A DNA stretch of 64,000 nt, from the IMG/VR virus record IMGVR_UViG_3300013936_000014. The stretch is one strand, 5' to 3'. The translations under genes were made by a program, and so were the position numbers. The notes under the pieces were generated by a model. That model was not told the DNA's origin and made no database searches. It saw only the letters and a program-made list of their open reading frames with translations. Shown one piece after another: positions 51,487 through 60,222 of the stretch. Source of the stretch: a virus. Taxonomy: Duplodnaviria; Caudoviricetes. Each line of letters starts with the position of its first letter. The stretch's first letter is position 1.

Positions 51487-51541
51487 CGAGGAAAGAGAGG
51501 AAGGGAACCCCATCGCCCGACCCTGCGAAGGAGGACTGCCT

Positions 51542-51976
51542 ATGGCAAAAAGAATTACTGATTACGACATCCCGGATGGGTACGACGGCCCGGAGATATT
51601 CGTCGTGACGAAGAACCCGGACAACCATAAGCCCCACTATGAGAGGGCGACCCCAAGGAACGGGAGGCACGAGACCCTCTACCTCGTGGAGAGGATACTC
51701 AGGAAATGCAAATACTTCGACGAGCCGTCCGGCGGCTCCATCTATTACTGGGCGGGCTCCGAGGAATTCAGGGAGATCCTCGAATGGGTGCTGAGCAACC
51801 CGTCGATGTGGGAATTCCCGGGTTCAGAGGAAGACGTCTCCTCTTTGAAGACGGTGCCATTCGAAGAAGACCTCTTCCCCTATTTGGCCGACTGCGATTT
51901 CCTTGAGGAATCGGTCGACGAAGGGGAGCCAGAGAAAAAAAAGAAAACGCGCGCCATGCATCCGGAGGGGGATTGA
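51542..51976 (+). CDS. Hypothetical protein
   Basis: SD AAGGAGG before MAKRIT. Confidence 0.6.
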   Translation: MAKRITDYDIPDGYDGPEIFVVTKNPDNHKPHYERATPRNGRHETLYLVERILRKCKYFDEPSGGSIYYWAGSEEFREILEWVLSNPSMWEFPGSEEDVSSLKTVPFEEDLFPYLADCDFLEESVDEGEPEKKKKTRAMHPEGD

Positions 51977-52031
51977 TTTGTCCGCGGCATTGCCGCAAAA
52001 GGCGCAGAAGCGCAGAAAGGAGGGCTGAACC

Positions 52032-55000
52032 GTGCCAGTTGTGCAGAATCTATATCAGATCTTCAAAATTCCGGCGTCCGTCTTGGTCGCCAAAAACTGC
52101 ATTTGGGACAATTATTCAAGAGCCCAAGGCTACAAAGACGGGAACATCGTCTCCATCGGCGACAACATCGTGTTCCAGCAGCTCCGCTATATCCACGGCG
52201 ACATGCGCGAGCATCATGAGATCTTCAATTACATCCAGCGTCTTCGCAATTCCATGAGGCGCTACAAAAAAGAAGGGAAGAAAGAAGAGGCGAAGATACT
52301 GGGATACAGGATAAACCAGGTCATGTTCGTGGAAGACATCGTGAACGTCTTCGTGGACGGCAAGAAATCCGATTTCCACAAATTCCGCACCAAGGGGTTC
52401 GAATTCAATGGGCACAGATACGTCTATCTCTGCTCGGGCGCCGGCCAGATCCGCCGCAACACCGCCACCTTCGTGCGCGAGGAATACCACGACAGGCTCG
52501 TCAAAACCATCAACTGCGGGCTCGACGAGAAGACCTCCGAGTTCGTCCTGGCGAAATACAGCGCCTACTTCGCGCTCGCTTTCTCCTCGATACTCTGGGT
52601 CCGCACCCCCCGCTGCTGCGTCATCAGGGATTTCAAAAGAAACCTTCCCAAACAACCCGTCGACTTCATCTGCAAGGATGCCGCCGGCAAATCGATCATC
52701 GAGAAGCGCGAGATGGACGTCGAGCTCAACTGCTTCGACGGGCAGGGGCTCATAGACCCCGAGTTCGCGCAGCTCTGGTCCGAGGACATGGACCTCAACT
52801 ACACGCCATGCTCGTTTGTCGCCCGCTCCTGCTTCGTCAAGGGGAACCTCGCGACGTTCGACTTCAAAGCCTATGCCCGCGAGCACGGGATCAAAACCGT
52901 CAGGGACCGCTGGGGCAAGGAATACGACGTCGAGGACATCGACGTCATCCTCTCGGAGTCCCAGTTCAAGACCGCCAAGTATTACTCCTCTTGGGAGGAA
53001 TACCTCGGCTACGCGAACGCGGGCAGCATCCACTGGGGCGTCGCGAGATACAACAGGGAGACGGACGACGAATGGGTGCTGGCAAACTACCAGTACATCC
53101 AGTCGCTCACCCTCTCGAAAGACGACATCAAGGGGCTCATCGCCCCCACGATCGACTGGATAAGGAAGATCTGCTCCGGGGATGAGCTCTACACCCTGCT
53201 TTACTGCTTCGGCCCGAAATCCGGCTCAAGCGACTATCGGCAGATGCTTGGGACGGCGCAGACGACCATGATGAAGGCCATCGTGAAAAACGTCGACTTC
53301 CTCAAGGACTCATACGTTCAAGGCAAAATATACAAGAACATCGCCGAGACGATAAACAAGGCGAAGATCGGCAAGATATGGGTGCATGGCAATTACCAAT
53401 TCATGGTGTCCGATCCGCTCGCCCAATGCCAATGGGCGCTCGGGCTCGACCCGGTGGGCGGGCTCAAGGCGAACGAGATATACTCAAAGTTCTGGAGCGA
53501 CCGATTGCGGGAAGACCCCGCACGGGATACGGGTTGCCTCGTTGACGCGTGCAGATCGCCGTTGATCGATCAGCATGAGCACAACCCGATGAGCGTCATC
53601 ATGAACAACGAAGAAGCTGACAAATGGTACAGGTTCCTGCCGAGCGGAATAATCTACAACTGCTACGACACGAGCTGCGCCAGGCACAGCGATTCGGACT
53701 TAACATCTAGGTCTTCCATATGGCGACATATGGTCAAGTCTTGGTGAACACGCAAAGTGGTGTGGGAGGGGAATCCCTCCTGCTAACATCAAAAACCGTA
53801 AAATAGGTATTGAAATGGAACGCAACAAAACAATCGGCAATAAAAAGAAACAAAAGAGTCGATGGCTATTTGATAAGAAAAATACCTAAAGGCAATGATG
53901 TGCCAAGCCTCCGCAAGGAGGAAGGTGCAACGACTAGGGAAACCGCCGGCAAAGCCGGAGAAGGGAGTACCGTAGGGGCGTCTGAGATGACGTCTCGAAG
54001 TGCCAAGCAACTCGGAAACGAGTTGAAGAAATAGTCTAAGCCCCTAATAAATATCGGGAAACCGAGGGTATCAACTGTCGATGGTGACATAGTGATGACT
54101 ACGGACAACCCGTACTTCATCAAAGGCTCCCACAAGGACCACAACATAATACTTTACGAAAAAGGCCTCGCGACCCCCGCGAAGATGACCACGTCCAACA
54201 TAACGGCGGCTGTTCTCAGGGGGTTCGGGACAGCTGTCGGGAGTTTCTCAAATTGCGCCACGATCATGTATGCGATGGCTGCGATTTTCGACAAGCCGGG
54301 CCAAGAGGACCAGGAAAACACAATTTACAACCGAATAAAGCTTCTAAGAGAGATAGTCGGCCAAGAGATCGACAAAATAAAAGGCTGCAAACCTCCTCAT
54401 CTCCCTTCTGACTGGAAGAAATACGAGCGCACGCTCCCAGACGATGAAGAGGAAGAAAGGCAGCGCAAATACAAACACAATGCTTTGGTGATATCGAAGA
54501 AACCCTATTTCTTCCGTTATCTCTACCCAGAGCTAAATCGTCGCTACAAGCAATTCGAGGCGTCCTACAACCAAGTCAGCCGCGACATGTTCGGGATCAA
54601 ATTCAAGAAGCTTCTCGCCAAGCGGGACAAAACGCCAGAGGAGGTCGCGCTGGTCCGCAAATACCAGAAATACAACCCCCTCATCACCTCAAACTGCACG
54701 ATGAACGTCCTCTGCAGGATGGTGGAGTCGGTCGACTTCGACATCCGCTTCGCGAAGGACGACTCGGACACGAGGAGGCAAGCCGTCTCCATGCTTCCAA
54801 CATACGAGGGGTATTACGGCGCCTCCTTCTCGCAGGAGAAGTTCAATTACGTCAAGTCGCTCTACCGTCGCTATTGCTCCCGCCGCCAAATAAAACAATT
54901 GGAATCCATCATGGATAACGTGCCGACCAATCCTTATTCCGACGATTTCGCGGAGATCAGGCACAACATGCTTGACGCATTCCTTGACGAATTGCGCAAA

Positions 55001-55405
55001 GATCTTGAGTCAAGCAATATCAACGATGAGGAATTCCTCTTCTATTGCTCCCGCCTTGCCCCAACCTATAACAATTTCAGCTGGGGATTCGCATGGGACG
55101 TCCTGGGGGATTCGATCTTGGAGGCAATCCCGCAAGGCAGAACCCTGTACCCGGTCCGCGACCCCGACGGCGTCGAGTATCTTGGGGGCCGCTACGTCCT
55201 GGAGGACATCTCCGACAAAGGGGAGCTCGCCATACAGTCCCTCCTCGATTCCGTCTTCGGGGACCCGGAGGGCACGCTCACCGAGGAGGAGATAGCCCAG
55301 ATGGCGCGAGAGGAAAATCTTGACATCAAGGGGAAAAAATCGGATAATGACGCAGAAAGGGGAACGGAGAAGAAGGAAGGGAAAGACGATGACGAAGATG
55401 AGTGA
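52032..55405 (+). CDS. YonO-like single-subunit (RdRP-like, double-psi-barrel) RNA polymerase; exons 52032-53700 and 54078-55405, 998 aa spliced
   Basis: SGAGQIR, KYSAYFAL, FDGQG, FVKG, NYQYIQ, CRSP and EIDK motifs. Splicing restores SDSDFDGD. Confidence 0.9.
53701..54077 (+). ncRNA. ORF-less group I intron in the RNA polymerase gene (377 nt)
   Basis: P1 GACU/GGUC with a U-G pair at the splice site, P7 elements AACGACUA and AAAUAGUC, omega-G at 54077, frame restored. Confidence 0.92.
55320..55348 (+). promoter_or_regulatory. Putative sigmaA promoter inside the RNAP 3' end
   Basis: TTGACA-17-GATAAT. Confidence 0.5.
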
Positions 55406-55817
55406 GACCATAAGCAGAACAACGAAAGAGGAGATCGAGAAGCTTCGCATCGAGCAAAATCCCGTTCGCGACGAAGTCTGCTCTGTTCCTGGAATCGGCG
55501 AGACGTCTTTGGGAAGGCCCCGCAATAAACTCGGCATCAAGGAAGACCGCAGGCTTTCTGCCCAATCCACCATCAGGCGAAATCTTGAGAGGCATGGGGT
55601 CAAGAACGCCTCCGCCCTTCCCGAAGTCCGCGCCAAGACAGAGAAGACCGCCATGGAGCGCTACGGCGTCCGAGCGTCTTCCCAATCCCCCGAGACCAAG
55701 GAAAGGCAAAAACGGACGAACCCGAGAAAACACGGCGCCGGATCCCGCAAACACGTCTGGGAGCCAGAAGCCCCGGATGCCGACGAAAAAGGAAAGGAGG
55801 GCAGACAGGATGCATAG
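55398..55817 (+). pseudogene. Truncated remnant of the Hef-like endonuclease N-terminus
   Basis: Degenerate HTH plus LERHGV, MERYGV and RKHGA repeats; no nuclease domain. Confidence 0.55.
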
Positions 55818-56577
55818 ACCGATAGAATTCACGGAGCTCAAGCCGCGCATCTGGCGGCAGCTCCACTCGATATACGAGGCGCACAAAGGGGCGGATCCCG
55901 CCCCCGAGTCCCTCGCCGCCCTGCTCGTCCCGCCCCTTGAGAACGCCGGCTTCTCCGCGGGCGACTCGGCCAGGATAGCCGCCTCGTTCGTGCGCAGCTT
56001 CGACGCGATCGGGGACGCCAAGGCCCTCGGGGACGCCCCGGACGCCCCGGATTACGAGTCGGCGGATTCCCCGTCCGGCCGCCTTCGCCTCACGCTGTCG
56101 CTCCTGGACGTCAACTGCCTTCGCGCGATGCTGGCGGATGAGCCGTCCTGCGATGCCCGGCGCCTCCTGGTCGCCTTCGCGGCCTGGGACCGCGCCAACC
56201 CCCACCCCTCCGGGTGGATCCGCTACGACCGCGCGGCCATAATGTGCCTGGCCGGGCTCACGCATCTCCGCCCGTCGGAGCAGGAGGCGCTCACCCAGCT
56301 CCTCCACCGCTCCCATGGGCTCGACATGCAGGTCGTCGGGTCAAACAGCCCCATCCCCTGCTTCCGCCTCTCGTGGCTGGAGGAGGAGCCGCCGATCGGA
56401 TCCCCGGCCAACCCGGCCCAGGACATGGGCCCCCTCGCCCCCGCCTCAGTCGCATACGCGACGCGCGAGGTCCTCGGGCTCCCGCCCGCCGGCGAGGCAA
56501 AGGCGGACCGAGGAGACAAAGGCGGACGGAAGGCCGGCAACGGCGGAAGGAAAACCAAACAAGGAGGAAACATCTGA
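55810..56577 (+). CDS. Hypothetical protein
   Basis: Coupled ORF, GC-rich. Confidence 0.55.
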   Translation: MHRPIEFTELKPRIWRQLHSIYEAHKGADPAPESLAALLVPPLENAGFSAGDSARIAASFVRSFDAIGDAKALGDAPDAPDYESADSPSGRLRLTLSLLDVNCLRAMLADEPSCDARRLLVAFAAWDRANPHPSGWIRYDRAAIMCLAGLTHLRPSEQEALTQLLHRSHGLDMQVVGSNSPIPCFRLSWLEEEPPIGSPANPAQDMGPLAPASVAYATREVLGLPPAGEAKADRGDKGGRKAGNGGRKTKQGGNI

Positions 56578-57326
56578 TGGAAACACGCAGGAAAGACGGC
56601 GGCGACGCCGAACGCAAATGGAAGGAGGCTTCCCAGGCGGCGGAAGCGGCGGAGGCCGCCCGCGAGGCGCGCGAGGGGCTTGAGAGGGAGACGGAAAGCC
56701 GCCCCTCCCTCGCCTCCCGCGCCAAGGCGGCGCTCGCGAGGAAGGCCGACCTCTGGCTCGTCGTCCCGCTCGACGGCGGGGCGGAAAGCGACGTCCTCTA
56801 CGCCGCCCCCACCAAGAAGGAGGCCTTCCAGGCGGTCAACCTCCTCCTCTTCCGCCATCTCTTCCCCCATTATTCCATGTGGCTCCCGCTGCACGGATAC
56901 GAGGGGGACCCAAGGCAATACGGGGCGGACAGCGAGGCGTTCGCGGAATACGCCTCCGCCAACCATGAGGAGGCGGACGCCTTCGTCTCATCCCTCGCCA
57001 TCCAGAGGGTGCGCTACGACATGGCCGGCGTCGCCTCCATGTTCCGCATGCTCTGCGGCATAGCCCCGATCGGCCTCAGGGGCGAGTCGGGCGAGGAGGT
57101 CTCCTATTGGCTCCTCCAGGCCGAGGAGGCCCTCAGGGAGATGGAAGAGGGGCAAAAGGAAAGCGAAAAAGAGAAAAGCCTTGACAAAGAGGCAGAGGCC
57201 GCCCATAATGAGGGGGAGAGGGCAACGGGCGGCGGACCCCAAAGGAAGAAGGGACGCCCCCGCGGAAACAAGGGTGCCCGGAAAAGCGCCCCCCGCCCCA
57301 AGAAAGGAGACCCAAATGGAAATTAA
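56577..57326 (+). CDS. Hypothetical protein
   Basis: SD AAGGAGG before METRRK. Confidence 0.6.
   Translation: METRRKDGGDAERKWKEASQAAEAAEAAREAREGLERETESRPSLASRAKAALARKADLWLVVPLDGGAESDVLYAAPTKKEAFQAVNLLLFRHLFPHYSMWLPLHGYEGDPRQYGADSEAFAEYASANHEEADAFVSSLAIQRVRYDMAGVASMFRMLCGIAPIGLRGESGEEVSYWLLQAEEALREMEEGQKESEKEKSLDKEAEAAHNEGERATGGGPQRKKGRPRGNKGARKSAPRPKKGDPNGN
57181..57209 (+). promoter_or_regulatory. Putative sigmaA promoter
   Basis: AAAAGCC-TTGACA-17-CATAAT; same upstream context as the 51458 promoter. Confidence 0.5.
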
Positions 57327-57663
57327 GGACATCGAGGACGCCCCCGCCTATCAGGTCATCATGCAGGACGAGTACGACAACCTCTACCTCCTCGGGCTCT
57401 ACGCGAGCCTGGAGGACGCCAGGAAGGACGTCAACGAATGGCTCGCCGCGTACGACGAGGACGGCGTCAGATACCTGGAGGAGGGGGAGCTTTCCGAATA
57501 CGCCTCCACCTTCGGCGGCTGCTTCGACCGCGAGGTCGAATGGAAGGGCGAGGACGGCGGCCCGGGATGCGTGGCGGTCAGGGGATTCGCCCTCAGCGCC
57601 AAGTCGCTCAAAGAAGACGCGGAGAGGATCCTCCGCGCCGCCGACAAGGAGGAAACCAAATGA
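57316..57663 (+). CDS. Hypothetical acidic protein
   Basis: SD GAAAGGAG before MEIKDI. Confidence 0.6.
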   Translation: MEIKDIEDAPAYQVIMQDEYDNLYLLGLYASLEDARKDVNEWLAAYDEDGVRYLEEGELSEYASTFGGCFDREVEWKGEDGGPGCVAVRGFALSAKSLKEDAERILRAADKEETK

Positions 57664-58076
57664 GATTCATCGAAAGGCTGAAGGGGCTCTTCAAGAAGAG
57701 AGAGACCGAGAGATCCACATTCGCCATCACGTTCAGGCACTCCGCCAAGAGCATCGAGTTCGAGGGGACCTGGGAGGAGGTCAAGGGCCTCTTCGGGAAG
57801 TTCGCCGGAGGCAAGGGGCTGAAGATGGGCAACTTCTTCGTCCCGTGGGACGAGGTCGCCTTCATCTATCAGGAAGACAAAGAGGAGAAGAAGGACGAGG
57901 CGAAGAAGGGGCCGAAGCCGGGGGACGAGATCCCCGCGACGCCCGAGGCGAAGGACCTCGGGGCGGAGACCATGGAAGTCCTCGGGGAGAAGGAAAGCCC
58001 GAAGGACGCGAGGATCGACGAGGTCAAGGCGGCGGTCGAGAAGGAGACCGAGGTCAAGGCCGAGGAAATCAAATAA
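57660..58076 (+). CDS. Hypothetical protein
   Basis: SD AAGGAGG; ATGA coupling with the upstream gene. Confidence 0.6.
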   Translation: MRFIERLKGLFKKRETERSTFAITFRHSAKSIEFEGTWEEVKGLFGKFAGGKGLKMGNFFVPWDEVAFIYQEDKEEKKDEAKKGPKPGDEIPATPEAKDLGAETMEVLGEKESPKDARIDEVKAAVEKETEVKAEEIK

Positions 58077-58099
58077 AGGAGGGAAACCTCCTTTTTTTT
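58077..58099 (+). terminator. Intrinsic terminator
   Basis: AGGAGG-GAAA-CCTCCT-TTTTTTT. Confidence 0.85.
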
Positions 58100-58353
58100 C
58101 ATGCCCCCGGAAAACGCCCCGGGGGCTTTTCGGGCGGGCCGAACCGAAATCAGGGGCCGCGGGCCGCCGGAGGCCGCGCGCGAGGCGGGGGGCGGATGGG
58201 GCAGGGGCGACGGCAACGGCTGCGGCGACGACTCGGGGGAGCAGCGGCGGCTGCGGCTGCGGCGGCAACTCGGGGGGCGGGGGAGACCAGTGAAAGGGAA
58301 ATAAGAAAGAAATTATTTCTTTTAAAATGTAAATTAGGGTTTTCCTGGTTTAC

Positions 58354-58420
58354 CGTCGACTAGGCGACGTTAAACAGCCGTCAGGCCTAGTGCGTCCTTC
58401 CTTTTAAGGGAAGGGGTCGG
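58354..58420 (+). ncRNA. Pistol self-cleaving ribozyme
   Basis: P1 CGUCG/CGACG; loop ACUAGG pairs with CCUAGU (pseudoknot); UUAAA linker; P2 CCG/CGG; conserved GCG; P3 UCCUUCCUU/AGGGAAGGG; G|U site at 58416/58417. Confidence 0.88.
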
Positions 58421-58449
58421 ATCGTATATCCGAGAAAGGAGATACTCTC

Positions 58450-58665
58450 ATGAAGTATCGTTTCATTTCGTTCCGCACTTACGGAACAGGCGTCGTTCAA
58501 TACGACACAAAGGCATTCATGTCTGAAGACATGGGTGCCTTGATCGAGGCCGTCTGCCAGGAGGCCCGAATCCTCTTGGCGAACGGCCACGACCGCATCA
58601 CGGTCCACGAGACCTGCGATGCGGAGGACGCGAAAAGATGGAATATTTCCATCTGCCGCGTCTAA
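58450..58665 (+). CDS. 71-aa hypothetical protein between two ribozymes
   Basis: SD GAAAGGAG; the stop codon overlaps twister-sister P1. Confidence 0.7.
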   Translation: MKYRFISFRTYGTGVVQYDTKAFMSEDMGALIEAVCQEARILLANGHDRITVHETCDAEDAKRWNISICRV

Positions 58666-58742
58666 GCCGCAAGGCCCCTCTCTCAAAAGAGAGAGGATCG
58701 GTGCAAGCCCGATGCCCCGAAAGGGGTGGCGCTCATGGCCTA
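58663..58742 (+). ncRNA. Twister-sister self-cleaving ribozyme (four-way junction type)
   Basis: GCC-GCAAG-GCC, P3 CCUCUCUC/GAGAGAGG, P4 AUCGG-UGCAAGC-CCGAU, P5 GCCCC-GAAA-GGGGU, then GGC-GCUC|AU-GGC. Predicted cut at 58734/58735. Confidence 0.9.
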
Positions 58743-59611
58743 TGACCATCGAGGTTGCTCTCGTTAAAAAGCTATGGCGCTTTCAGGCGCCAGCGTCGTG
58801 CGAATCTTGACGCACGATGGCTGGGCAAGACGCTTGAAGGCAAATGCCAGCGGTGGCAAACTCACCATCGCCCAGACGGGGGTCATCCCCGAACGGTGCA
58901 AAGCAAATAACCTCGCTTTGCGTAGTAAAAAAGAGGTAGACGCCCCTGCTTCCGCGGATCATCCGCAGGCGGTTGGGAAACGCACAAAGGAAAGCCAGGA
59001 CTCAGAGCCTGGCGGCCCGATAAGGGAAAAGATGGAGCGACTGCAATCCAGGCAGGAAATGGCTTGGACTAACGCGCAACAGCGGCGCGGCGGGAAAACG
59101 ATACCACTGATTTGATGTGGCTGGGTGAGACGCCTCTCTTCTATGTCCTTCGACCGACGATCGAGGGAATGCGGATGGAGGGATGGCGGAAGTACCTCTG
59201 CCTCCTCATGCACGTTTCATGAGGGGGTTGGCACAGAGGGAAAACAGTCGCACCTCAAGGTGGGAGCTCGGTTGCGAAGCAACCAGGTGCACGGCTCGAA
59301 TGGGGGAGATTCCCCCGGGCCCGGGAACAAAAATGACATGATTCTGCGGTGTCTTGGGTAGGTTTGCGTCGAAAACCTATCTCCGCGACCCTCAATCGTG
59401 TCTCTAGTCAACTGGAGCATCCTCCCTCACGATGGAGGGTAACGTCTGCTTCAACGTCGTCGTGAAGAGGCAGTGAGGCGGCATCACGCCAAGACCAGGA
59501 AAATGATGGCAGATATCGGACGCGAGGGCGCTAAGGCCACGACAACGTTCGCGTTCCGGACAAAACATAGTGGCACCGCCAGGGGCTGTCTTCGGACAGC
59601 TCCTTTTTCTT
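58735..59611 (+). ncRNA. Candidate large structured ncRNA (877 nt) of unassigned class
   Basis: No SD-led ORF. Near-continuous hairpins and pseudoknots, bounded by two ribozyme cut sites and a terminator. Confidence 0.7.
59581..59611 (+). terminator. Intrinsic terminator whose U tract doubles as twister P1
   Basis: AGGGGCTGTC-TTCG-GACAGCTCCT-TTTTCTT. Confidence 0.8.
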
Positions 59612-59661
59612 AATGCGGCAAGCTGGTCCCAAGCCCAGCGGAAGACGCAGAGGGAGAAAGG
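59604..59661 (+). ncRNA. Twister self-cleaving ribozyme (type P1)
   Basis: P1 UUUUUCU/AGAAAGG; U|AA at 59611/59612; P2 UGCG/CGCA; P4 GCUGG-UCCCAAGC-CCAGC; T1 CCC/GGG; T2 GC/GC; conserved GAGGG. Confidence 0.92.
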
Positions 59662-59669
59662 AGACTGAT

Positions 59670-60125
59670 ATGTCTCAAAACAGAAAAGCGGAAGCTCGCC
59701 TCATGTGCGACTATCCGATCTTCGGGACCGTCTCAGACGTGTCCCGAATGAGCACAGGCGTCGTCTACGTCCGCCCGTGCTACTTCAAAGCAGGCGTGGA
59801 CAAGGAGGTCGCGATCTTCCTTCGCGACGCGAAGAAGGAGCGCTGGGCGACCAAAGAGAATCTGAAGGTCGGCACCAAGCTGACCTTCATGATCAGCATC
59901 GACCCATTCAAGGGGCCGATGGCGACGAGCCTCAGAACGGTGAATGCCGCGCCGAAGGACGCGTATTCCGAGCCTTACCGCCCGGACTGCATCCCGGATG
60001 CGAAAGGCTTCCGCCGCATCATCGAGGCGGCGAGAAGACGGGACATGAGGGCTTGCCGCGAAAAGCTGGCGGCCTCATCCGACCCCGTCGACAGGCTCTT
60101 GGCGGCCATCCTGCCACGAGACTGA
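59670..60125 (+). CDS. Hypothetical protein (possible OB-fold)
   Basis: SD GAAAGGAG, overlapping twister P1', before MSQNRK. Confidence 0.65.
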   Translation: MSQNRKAEARLMCDYPIFGTVSDVSRMSTGVVYVRPCYFKAGVDKEVAIFLRDAKKERWATKENLKVGTKLTFMISIDPFKGPMATSLRTVNAAPKDAYSEPYRPDCIPDAKGFRRIIEAARRRDMRACREKLAASSDPVDRLLAAILPRD

Positions 60126-60222
60126 GACGAAAAACAACCTGGCGCCCGCCTCCGAGGCGCATTCTAAATATCGGGGCTTTGGCGGTTCGAAACCGCAACG
60201 ACGGTTTGATTGAAAGGAGAAC

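Noticed and set aside
13823-55405. nrdD and RNAP as broken pseudogenes or stop-codon recoding
   Set aside because: Both breaks are explained by group I introns that restore conserved motifs. Other genes are intact under the standard code and end in TAA, TAG or TGA.
59245-59320. Group II intron domain V (AGUC...AC bulge...GGCU)
   Set aside because: The lower stem is too short, there is no GNRA cap, and no convincing domain VI branch point. Kept only as an alternative to test.
58774-59420. ORFs 58774-59115, 59125-59361, 58959-59213 and 59217-59420 as proteins
   Set aside because: No SD, atypical composition, and they overlap dense RNA structure.
60120-60140. Hammerhead ribozyme (CUGAGACGAAA)
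   Set aside because: Lacks CUGANGA spacing and stem II. The CUGAUGA at 1725 also has no stem II-GAAA.
60182-60197. tRNA suggested by a GGUUCGAAACC T-loop hairpin
   Set aside because: No D arm, anticodon arm or acceptor stem.
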